Below, in pieces: positions 50,741 through 58,984 of a stretch of DNA of 64,000 nucleotides; the first letter of the stretch is position 1; each line of letters starts with the position of its first letter. Below the pieces are notes generated by a model, which did not search any database, had not been told where the DNA came from, and was given only the letters and a program-made list of their open reading frames with translations. The translations under genes and the position numbers were made by a program. The stretch covers positions 246,115-310,114 of the IMG/VR virus record IMGVR_UViG_3300033571_009404; one strand, 5' to 3'.

Positions 50741-51010
50741 ATGACTGTTTATGATTTCAAGAATTTCAAGAAGGCCAGCCCGTTCACCAAGCGCGTCAAG
50801 CGTATCAAGGTCACCGCTCAAGGTGGTCTGATGGTCGGTGCAGGCGTTGGTCTGGCTGCAGCATTCAACCAAGCCTACCGTAACAACGGTGGTATGTCGT
50901 TGGGTACTTTGGTCGACACAGCTTACCATGGCATGTTCATGGGTGTGATCGGTGGTGTGATGGGTCATTTCATCGGTGGTGCCATCGAACACGGTCCGAA
51001 GCGTCGTTAA
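50741..51010 (+). CDS. Glycine-zipper membrane protein
   Basis: GGLMVGAGVG and GVIGGVMGHFIGG. Confidence 0.7.
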   Translation: MTVYDFKNFKKASPFTKRVKRIKVTAQGGLMVGAGVGLAAAFNQAYRNNGGMSLGTLVDTAYHGMFMGVIGGVMGHFIGGAIEHGPKRR

Positions 51011-51073
51011 GAGTGTCTTTTTACATGGAGGGTTAAACCCTCCATGTAGAGATAACATTCTTTTTTAGTCTTT

Positions 51074-51096
51074 AAATAGTTTCACAAACATATCAC
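51074..51096 (+). promoter_or_regulatory. Putative early promoter AAATA-N10-CATATCAC
   Basis: Same spacing as the other copies; lies after a terminator and before a long + strand operon that reaches the tasA-like gene. Confidence 0.55.
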
Positions 51097-51110
51097 TAAA
51101 AGGAGTCATC

Positions 51111-51461
51111 ATGTTTAATCAAACTGAACGCATCAACAACGTTTTCCATGTCATGGAGATGGTGCGAATGGTGGCATCGCGTGACTCGCGCTACGTCCAT
51201 GAGAAACACGTGGTGGAGTTTGATCTCACGTTGTGTACGTCGGCTATGATCCCCGTCATGACCATCTCTTTGCAACACCAGCACCACCCCAAGGTCATGG
51301 TGGCTTTGCAATTGGATTACAGTCGCGAAGACTTTGCGGTTGGTACTCTGGGTGGTTTTGTCTTTCAACAAGACAACGACGTTGGTCGCATTTCGTTGCC
51401 AGATGTACCTCACTACATCCTGGACACTCTTTACAATAAAGTCAAGGAAGGAAACACCTGA
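51111..51461 (+). CDS. Hypothetical protein
   Basis: SD AAGGAG. Confidence 0.6.
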   Translation: MFNQTERINNVFHVMEMVRMVASRDSRYVHEKHVVEFDLTLCTSAMIPVMTISLQHQHHPKVMVALQLDYSREDFAVGTLGGFVFQQDNDVGRISLPDVPHYILDTLYNKVKEGNT

Positions 51462-51847
51462 TGGGCATTACACTTCATTCACACGCACTGGATGTGTCTG
51501 ACAGCATCTTGCTGGTCAGCTTGTTCATGCGGGACTTCGATGCACTGCTGTGGGATGACAAGACTATCGTCGCCCACAAGTATCGGACCCGCATTCAGTT
51601 CAACGAGGATCGTGGCCATAAGGTCATCGAATGCCTCTTGTACGAACGTGCCACCAATGAAATCCTGGACCGCGTCTCCTTCAGTCTGCATCCCCGTGAA
51701 GGTAAGGTGCGTTCGACCCAGGTCTCCGACAACAGGCGTGTCGATATCGACATCGTAGATCACACGGTCGCATTCGTGGTCTACAATTCCTTCAAATCCG
51801 CAATCCGTCTGCATGAAGAAAAGCAGACGACTGACTCAGAGGAGTAG
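51461..51847 (+). CDS. Hypothetical protein
   Basis: Coupled to the upstream gene. Confidence 0.6.
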   Translation: MGITLHSHALDVSDSILLVSLFMRDFDALLWDDKTIVAHKYRTRIQFNEDRGHKVIECLLYERATNEILDRVSFSLHPREGKVRSTQVSDNRRVDIDIVDHTVAFVVYNSFKSAIRLHEEKQTTDSEE

Positions 51848-51849
51848 AC

Positions 51850-52314
51850 ATGCAAATCTACATGCAAGGTTGGATCACGGTGTTTCAGGTGCTGCTGAGT
51901 GAGTTGAAGTATGCGGCGGTGAACTACAACGCCAAGTATCTGAATGATCGACGTCTCTATGTCGATATGGGTAATGTCGATTCCACATCGACTGAACATG
52001 CTGGACTGCACTGGATGAATATCCGCCTGTACGATCGTGATAAGACTGCGATCGTTCAAGTCATCACCGATCATGAAGGTCATTACGTCTCGTTTACCGG
52101 GGTGTCTGATCATCTGGGTGGCGGCTGCTATGACCCTGAAACCATGGAACGTAAGTGGACTATGGGTGAGTTGCCAGAAGTTGCCCGTCGGATTGCTAAG
52201 TTCCTTGAAACTGCAGTCATCGAACACCCCATCGTGCGTAAGTCATTCTACACGGAACTGGATATATTCGGTTCCAAAGCCATTATCAAGGATGGCATGC
52301 CTGACGGTGTCTGA
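51850..52314 (+). CDS. Hypothetical protein
   Basis: SD GAGGAG; tight packing. Confidence 0.6.
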   Translation: MQIYMQGWITVFQVLLSELKYAAVNYNAKYLNDRRLYVDMGNVDSTSTEHAGLHWMNIRLYDRDKTAIVQVITDHEGHYVSFTGVSDHLGGGCYDPETMERKWTMGELPEVARRIAKFLETAVIEHPIVRKSFYTELDIFGSKAIIKDGMPDGV

Positions 52315-52348
52315 AGTATAACCAACTGATTCACAAACGGAGAACAAA

Positions 52349-52819
52349 ATGCTGAATGGTTCTGTAAATGGTTTTATCGTCGAAGTCAGTCTGGAGGAGT
52401 ATCCGGAATATGGCAAGAAGTATTTGCGTATTCACGATCTTCGTCAGGCAGAAAGCTATTTCGACTTCGACATGGTCGACAATGCTTTCGATGGCATCTC
52501 GACCAATCCGGAAGTCTCTTACAACTTCTGGATGATGGCCCGCAACGTGTACCGTGAGCAAGTAAGTGAGTTGATTGCCAAGGCATTCAACACGTCTCTC
52601 GGCACAGCCCGCCTTCCGATTCGTTTCCGTTTCCTGCGTCTGGCCGGTACCATCGATGACATGAAGGTGATCAAGCTGCGTAGCGCGCTGGCAGATGCGT
52701 TCATATCCAGCGATTCTCGCCCGCTGTCCATCATCATCGAAGAAATCCCCACTAAATTCGATCTGTCGTATCTGATGACAGCTGACATCAACCACACCAA
52801 CTTCCTCGAACTGGACTGA
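52349..52819 (+). CDS. Hypothetical protein
   Basis: SD GGAG. Confidence 0.6.
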   Translation: MLNGSVNGFIVEVSLEEYPEYGKKYLRIHDLRQAESYFDFDMVDNAFDGISTNPEVSYNFWMMARNVYREQVSELIAKAFNTSLGTARLPIRFRFLRLAGTIDDMKVIKLRSALADAFISSDSRPLSIIIEEIPTKFDLSYLMTADINHTNFLELD

Positions 52820-52833
52820 AAAGGAGCACAGAA

Positions 52834-53088
52834 ATGGGTTATGAAACTACCCGAACGGGTATTCGCAACTTTACCCCGGATGATGATGACGATACCATGT
52901 GGATCGAAGCACACTACACGGGAATCGACATCGAGACCATCCTGGTCAAGGCCAAAGCCAAGTGGCCTGATGTCACGCCCGAACAGATCAGTATCCAGGC
53001 TGAACATGTGCATACCTCGTACCTGGGCTACGACCGCTACGATCCGGGCGACCACACGAACTACCTGAGAATCACCCGCATCAAGTGA
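52834..53088 (+). CDS. Hypothetical small phage protein
   Basis: SD AAGGAG; acidic N-terminus. Confidence 0.65.
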   Translation: MGYETTRTGIRNFTPDDDDDTMWIEAHYTGIDIETILVKAKAKWPDVTPEQISIQAEHVHTSYLGYDRYDPGDHTNYLRITRIK

Positions 53089-53112
53089 TCAAGAAGTAAA
53101 AAGGAGAGTATC

Positions 53113-54177
53113 ATGAGTGAAAGCAATCCACGCAACAAGGAAAGCTACATCGCGCTGGATGTCACGCCGGACACGCTTTCGGGCAACCTGTGGCGCATCC
53201 TGCCAGACGCTACACCGTTGCAGCATCAAGTCCTGCGCACTTTCATCACAGGCTTTGTCACCTTCTTTAAGCTCTATGTCAACTATTTGGTTGCCGCAGA
53301 CTATCCGGATTCCCCCATCCGGATGAAGGCTAAGCTGTCGACGACTCCCACAGATGGATCGGTCTATCTGGCTGTGGTGGGTCACGACGAGGTGGAGTAC
53401 ATGAAGATCACTGTCACCAAGGATACCATTAACCAACATGGCATCGGTGAAGGTGGTCAGATCAGACTCTACCAGAACCCCAAGAACCGGGATAAGCAGG
53501 TACTGAAAGCTTACTCGGGATTACCAAAAGGCTGGGACGTCACAGGCGTCTATCAGAAGGTGCGTGACATTACCTTCGAGATGATGGCCATCTTCAAAGC
53601 ACAGGGTCTGTATTCGCGTATTAACCGTACCGGAGAAGACCGTGTTCTTTTGGAGGTGTCGTATCGTCAAAAGCCGGTCAATGTCAACTCACTGATGAAA
53701 GGAGAGCAAATGTTGCACACCGACATGAACTCATCCGAACCAGTCAACGAGTTCCATGAGGCTCGCCGTGCCAGTGCTGATTTCCGGCGCTCAGAGTGCT
53801 ACCACAAGCTGTTACCCAAGTCCAGCGTGCGCATTCAGCTGCAACCTACGCTGATTCCCTTGGGTGATGTTCCGGTGAAGGACAAGGCCACGAAGGAAGG
53901 TCGTGATGCCAATATCGATCAGACGATGATGTCAGAAGAAATCATTCGTCGTGCTATCGATAGCGGTGACGAAGTCGTGCAGCCGGTTGTGGAAGAAAGT
54001 ACGGCAGTTGTCGATGATACGAAGGGGTTGGCTTTGGCTATTCTGAAGGGCGTGATGGACATCGTCCAGAACAATACGGCGTTGGGGTTGCCCTCTAACG
54101 TCATGCCTGAAAAGATGAACCTGAAGAACCCTCTGAAAGCCATCGTCAAGTGGGGCTTGAAGTTGAAGTTCGGTTAA
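53113..54177 (+). CDS. Hypothetical protein directly upstream of the tasA-like gene
   Basis: SD AAGGAG; 354 aa; no motif recognised. Confidence 0.65.
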   Translation: MSESNPRNKESYIALDVTPDTLSGNLWRILPDATPLQHQVLRTFITGFVTFFKLYVNYLVAADYPDSPIRMKAKLSTTPTDGSVYLAVVGHDEVEYMKITVTKDTINQHGIGEGGQIRLYQNPKNRDKQVLKAYSGLPKGWDVTGVYQKVRDITFEMMAIFKAQGLYSRINRTGEDRVLLEVSYRQKPVNVNSLMKGEQMLHTDMNSSEPVNEFHEARRASADFRRSECYHKLLPKSSVRIQLQPTLIPLGDVPVKDKATKEGRDANIDQTMMSEEIIRRAIDSGDEVVQPVVEESTAVVDDTKGLALAILKGVMDIVQNNTALGLPSNVMPEKMNLKNPLKAIVKWGLKLKFG

Positions 54178-54269
54178 AGCAAGAAGACGGCTGGTGAGCA
54201 TAGGAGCAAACCAGCCAGCGTTACCATAAACCACTTTTAATGTGTAGTACAATCAAAAAGGATGCAATT

Positions 54270-55373
54270 ATGTCGAACGATACCGAAAACAAGATGACCA
54301 TGGAAGACATGGATGATGCCATCGAAGCCGATGATCTGATTCAAGAACAACGCCACATCCCGGACTCTGTCCTGGACGCCACGATGGGCAAGCTGAACAA
54401 GGACATCAAGTCCGCAGCACTGAACCTGAACGTGCAAGAAGCTCGCTTCCTGGTCGACCAGTACTACTCCATGCAGAAGCAGCGTATCGGTAACGGTCAA
54501 CGCGCCCTGGCCCTGTCCAAGACCAACGAACCCAACCTGGTGTTCGATCACCTGGGCAACGGCTTCCAGATGCTGGAAGACCAAGTCAAGAAGACCCTCG
54601 AAATCTTCGCGACTTCGCACTACATCGGCCGTTACATGATGTCGATCCGTGGTATCGGTCCGGTCATCGCCGCTGGTCTCATCGCCTACATCGGCGACAT
54701 CTCCGCATGCCCGACGGTCGGTCACATCTGGGCCTACGGTGGCTATGATCCCAAGCGCAAGTGGATCGGTGCCACTGCGGCTGAGCGTACTTTCAAGGAA
54801 GCTTCGGCTACCACGGAAGATCTGCGTGAAATCGCGGCCATGATCGCTGAAGAAATCGGGACTTCCCGTGAGAACTTCTTCAAGCAGGTCGAGAACGCCG
54901 GTGGTTTCACCAAGGCCAACGTCATCTCGGTCGGCTCGCGCCGTCCGTGGAACGCCAAGCTGAAGGTGTTGTTCTGGAAGATCGGTCAGTCGTTCCTGAA
55001 GCAGCCCGCAGACAAGTGCCTGTATCGTGAAATCTACGATGCGCGCAAAGCCTACGAGCATGCCAAGAACGCCAAGGGCGAGTACGCAGAAGAAGCCGCG
55101 CGCCTGCTGTCCGAGAAGAACTATGGCAAGACCACCGAGGCTTACAAGGCCATGATCCAAGGTCGTCTGTCCGATGGTCACATCCATGCTCGCGCTTGCC
55201 GTTACGCTACCAAGATGTTCCTGTCCCACATCCATCAAGTGTGGTGGGAACACGTGACCAAGACCCCGGCTCCCAAGCCGTTCGCCATCGCTCAACTGGA
55301 ACACGCGCACTTCATCGAGCCGCCTTTCTTCGCCGACGACCCCAAGGACGTCAAGAAGTACGGCAACCGCTAA
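54270..55373 (+). CDS. tasA: TasA-like RNA-guided DNA-binding protein (Nop/IS110 C-terminal fold, no RuvC or HNH)
   Basis: LVDQYYSMQKQRI helix; SIRGIGPVIAAGLIAYIGDISACPTVGHIWAYGGY (Transposase_20/Nop hallmark); PWNAKLK..WKIGQSF; HIHARACRYATKMFLSH..VW. No DEDD domain. Adjacent to a 36-nt dual-repeat array. Start placed at ATG 54270 after AAAAGGA. Confidence 0.85.
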   Translation: MSNDTENKMTMEDMDDAIEADDLIQEQRHIPDSVLDATMGKLNKDIKSAALNLNVQEARFLVDQYYSMQKQRIGNGQRALALSKTNEPNLVFDHLGNGFQMLEDQVKKTLEIFATSHYIGRYMMSIRGIGPVIAAGLIAYIGDISACPTVGHIWAYGGYDPKRKWIGATAAERTFKEASATTEDLREIAAMIAEEIGTSRENFFKQVENAGGFTKANVISVGSRRPWNAKLKVLFWKIGQSFLKQPADKCLYREIYDARKAYEHAKNAKGEYAEEAARLLSEKNYGKTTEAYKAMIQGRLSDGHIHARACRYATKMFLSHIHQVWWEHVTKTPAPKPFAIAQLEHAHFIEPPFFADDPKDVKKYGNR

Positions 55374-55381
55374 TTTAGCGG

Positions 55382-55413
55382 CATAAGGGGCTAGGGTTTC
55401 CCCTAGCCCTATG
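55382..55413 (+). terminator. Hairpin between the tasA-like gene and the array (terminator or processing/leader element)
   Basis: CATAAG-GGGCTAGGG TTTC CCCTAGCCC-TATG; no U-tract. Confidence 0.6.
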
Positions 55414-55430
55414 GTATCCTGCACAATCGA

Positions 55431-57851
55431 TAGTATCATCACCGACGTGTGAGTCAGTCTTACAGTCAGTATCAAAGTTAAAGTACGAATCTACGGAAGA
55501 AACAGTATCGATGAGTGTAAATGAACCTAAATGCCAATCAGTATCATACTAGGTTAGTGAGTCCTGAGTGAGGGACAGTATCAATGTAGTAAAACGATCC
55601 ATCCAAAAGCACAGTATCAGCTAATGTGTGAGAAACATGTTTGATAAGTGTACCACAACTAACGTTTGAATCTAAATATCAAACAGTAACATATCGAATG
55701 TGTGAACCAACACTCGATTGAGTACCATAACGAATGTGTGAACCGATAGACCATACAGTATCAGAACACCCGTTTGAGTCTTTTAGTCCAACAGTAACTT
55801 AACGATAGATCGAATCAAGCTGGATAAAGTACCGTATAGCCGGGATGAATCAAGCCAATGATCAGTATCAATGTTGAGAAATGAACCCAGCCGTCAGTTA
55901 GTATCTAAAGAATTGCGTGAACCTTTATAACAGGGAGTATCAAGATTATGGAGTGAATCCAATCCGGCGATCAGTATCAAAAGAAGTAGGTGAGCCACGC
56001 CTTCAGCTAGTAACAATGTCTTTAGTCGAACCAGAGATTGTAACTGTATCAGAGTCCGAGAGTGAATCTAGGCCCATAACAGTACCATATCGGATATATG
56101 AACCGAAAACCAAATCAGTATCGAGAACAGTGAGTGAAACAGAACAAGTCGGAGTACCAAGGTGAAGTATTGAACCAACATACGCGTAGAGTATCAAGAT
56201 GCCTGTGTGAACCCCGGCCCTTGTGAGTACCTTAAGTGGTAAGTGAATCAGCAACGAAGTCAGTATCATCCCACTTGTGTGAGTCATATGCGCTGTTAGT
56301 ATCAAAATCTCCAACGAGTCATTTTTATAGTCAGTATCTATCTATCTGTGCGAGCCACTATCGCCGTCAGTAACAGCTATGCCGTGCCAATCCCAGTAAC
56401 GGACAGTATCTCATTGTAAGCGTGAACCTTAGAAGTGAGCAGTATCAGGCAAGAGTAGTGAATCGTTTCACAGGACTGTATCAATAAAAGTGTATGAACC
56501 AGTACATGTTGTCAGTACCAAGATGAAATGGTGAGCCATTGAGACGAGTAGTATCGTAGCGTTGAAGTGAAACAATTTTGGTAACAGTACCGTAAAATAC
56601 GGTTGAATCTTTGTGCCAGAGCGTATCAAGCATCCAAGTATGAACCGCTGAAACAGTCAACATCATGAGTGATTTGTGAATCTTGAGATGAGGCAGTATC
56701 AATAAATGTAAATGAACCGATGAATTTGTCAGTATCTTAATCTGAACGTGAAACATTAGAGCGTCAGTACCTTATAATGCATTTGAAACAGGCGGAATAA
56801 CGGTATCTTAGGGAACGTTTGAACCCATGATTTGAATAGTTCCGTTGTTGATCAGTGAATCAATGCGATAGTCTGTATCTTCCAATTTGAATGAACCACG
56901 CTTGACATCAGTACCATCACAAAAGGGTGAATCCAATAGCCCCAGCGTATCGTAGATGCAGCATGAATCATGTGCAAGTAGGAGTGCCATAATGACATAA
57001 TGAAACACGTACCGCAAGAGTACCTCACTATTAGATTGAGTCAGCATTGCGACAGTATCGACAGTCCCGCATGAACCGCCTCATTAGTTAGTATCGTAGA
57101 GCTAGTGTGAGTCATCACGTACATCAGTATCGTCGATTTAATACGAACCTTTTAGAGAGCAGTATCTTAGTGCATCAGTGAACCTCCCGAAGGCGATAGT
57201 ATCATTATAATCGCTTGATCCTCTTAGCCTGTCAGTACCACCACAATGGAGTGAACCAACCATCCTGTCAGTATCGTTAAAGAAGCGTGAATCGTGTTCC
57301 CTGTCAGTGCCATTATTATAGTTTGAACCTCTCTTTTCGTCAGTAACTTATCATGGGTGTGAACCAACTACGTGAACAGTACCATATGGTGAATGTGAAA
57401 CTGGCTAGCTGTCAGTAACATATCAAATGCTTGAATCAGATTTATCGATAGTATCGTTGATTTAGTTTGAACCGCGAAGATTGAAGGTGTCATTATTCAC
57501 AAGTGAACCAGATATTGCATTAGTATCATAAAGTCGAGGTGAAACAAGGTTTTAGTCCGTACCTTATGGATAGTTTGAAACTATGTGCGCGACAGTATCT
57601 TTAAGCTTAATTGAACCACGGATTCTGTCAGTATCTTGAGAAAGAGGTGAAACTTCGCTGGAAACAGTATCGTAATAACAAATTGAAACAGTGTCGGAAA
57701 GAGTACCATTTATCTTGTTTGAACCCCTAGAGCCGTCAGTTTCATTATGTTGACGTGAACCGCGAGCCTAGTTAGTAACATATCAGAGATGTGAACCAGC
57801 CAAGCAGTTAGTATCTTCAATGAAGTGTGAAACATTTTACTTGTCAGTATC
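55431..57851 (+). repeat. TIGR-type tandem dual-spacer guide-RNA array: 67 units of about 36 nt
   Basis: Unit = CAGTAYC - 12 nt variable - TGAAYC - 11 nt variable. Counted by hand: 68 copies of motif A; 55 intervals of 36 nt, 7 of 37 nt, 5 of 35 nt. No credible coding frame. Confidence 0.9.
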
Positions 57852-57892
57852 TCAATATCAGATTGCAAGAAATTACAACAAGGAGAAGTATT

Positions 57893-58267
57893 ATGAACAT
57901 CATCAAAGCCATCAAGACTGTCGGTGCAGTAGCGATATTCTTTGTAGCAGCGTTCATCGCCCCTCATGAGGCTGATGCACGTACTACGGACGAGTTTACC
58001 ATTCCGGTCATTGGGAAGACCGACGATGGTAAGTACTCTCGCTTCGACCTCGAAGGAGATCTGGAAGACATCAAGTGGTTCACCAACACCACCAACTATG
58101 TCTATACCAGCGGGGATCTCCTGGTGCGTCTTCCCTTCATCAAGAAGGAAGATATCGATAAGGGTACCTACGTATGCAAATTTGTCTGCAAGGACAAAGA
58201 GGGATACATCGTGGGTCAACCTGAATCCAACCGCGTATATCTGAAAATGCGCAATAAAGCACCATAA
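57893..58267 (+). CDS. Putative secreted/periplasmic protein with a signal peptide
   Basis: SD AAGGAG, then MNIIKAIKTVGAVAIFFVAAFIAPHEADA; the track start at 57827 lies inside the array. Confidence 0.65.
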   Translation: MNIIKAIKTVGAVAIFFVAAFIAPHEADARTTDEFTIPVIGKTDDGKYSRFDLEGDLEDIKWFTNTTNYVYTSGDLLVRLPFIKKEDIDKGTYVCKFVCKDKEGYIVGQPESNRVYLKMRNKAP

Positions 58268-58327
58268 GCTAAGCAGGACGATAGTTCCTGCACTTATGCC
58301 CTCAATTACTGTATCAGGGGAGTAAAC

Positions 58328-58582
58328 ATGCCCATCATCACGTGGCTTGAAAAGGTCATCTTAGCATTGGATGTAAGTCCGATGTGGATGCTGAGTATTT
58401 TCATTTTCGTCATCCAGATGGTAGCAGTCATACTTGCAGGAGCAATCTTCTTCGGATGGTTGTTCCGTGACTGGATTGCAGCTGCCATGGGTGAAACTTA
58501 TAGCGAATACAAACGTCGCTTTAAGTTTGGCTATTTCCGCCACCGACGCCTGACTAAAGGCACTCGTATCAAACAACGTTAA
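58328..58582 (+). CDS. Small membrane protein
   Basis: SD GGGGAG; long hydrophobic stretch and basic tail. Confidence 0.6.
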   Translation: MPIITWLEKVILALDVSPMWMLSIFIFVIQMVAVILAGAIFFGWLFRDWIAAAMGETYSEYKRRFKFGYFRHRRLTKGTRIKQR

Positions 58583-58604
58583 AATCAGAAAGGCAAATAC
58601 CACT

Positions 58605-58976
58605 ATGACCACCGCCATCGTTCAGAAGGAAGTTAACATGCTGACCCATCAAGCAGAAATCAAGATGCTGAAGGCTGTCTTCAGCTTGCTGTTCAAGATC
58701 AACATGGAACGTTCGGTCGACACGCTGATGGACGATCTGCAGGATCCGCAATACATGGTTCCGGCTCTCGCCACGTTGCGCGACACCACGGAAAACGACT
58801 TCCTGCTCAAGCAGACTGACATCATCCACTGGTCGCTCCAGTACCTGATTCAAGAAGTCGGCAAGCCGTCGGTGGATGCACCGTACATCAGCACGCTGTC
58901 GGGTGACGGCATGGTTGCAGCACAAGCAGCCATCGCACACCTGAACCAGAAGGTCATCAAGACTCTGGCGGCATAA
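58605..58976 (+). CDS. Hypothetical protein
   Basis: Codon bias; AAAGG upstream. Confidence 0.6.
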   Translation: MTTAIVQKEVNMLTHQAEIKMLKAVFSLLFKINMERSVDTLMDDLQDPQYMVPALATLRDTTENDFLLKQTDIIHWSLQYLIQEVGKPSVDAPYISTLSGDGMVAAQAAIAHLNQKVIKTLAA

Positions 58977-58984
58977 TGCCAAGT

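Noticed and set aside
54240-55373. IS110 insertion sequence/transposase
   Set aside because: Only the C-terminal Nop-like half is present. There is no N-terminal DEDD/RuvC domain, no catalytic SG loop and no visible IS ends, and the codons match native phage genes. The adjacent array explains the gene better.
55917-57047. ORFs inside the array (55917+, 56003-, 56481-, 56808-)
   Set aside because: These are chance open frames created by the 36-nt period; the translations just echo the repeats (VS..EP) and lack an RBS or codon bias.
55431-57851. CRISPR array
   Set aside because: The repeats are two alternating 6-7 nt motifs with 11-12 nt gaps, not one 23-50 nt repeat with ~30 nt spacers, and no cas genes are seen.
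57710-58219. Minus-strand 169-aa ORF, and the 57827 start for the downstream gene
   Set aside because: The first is antisense to a better gene and overlaps the array. The true start is ATG 57893 with an AAGGAG RBS.
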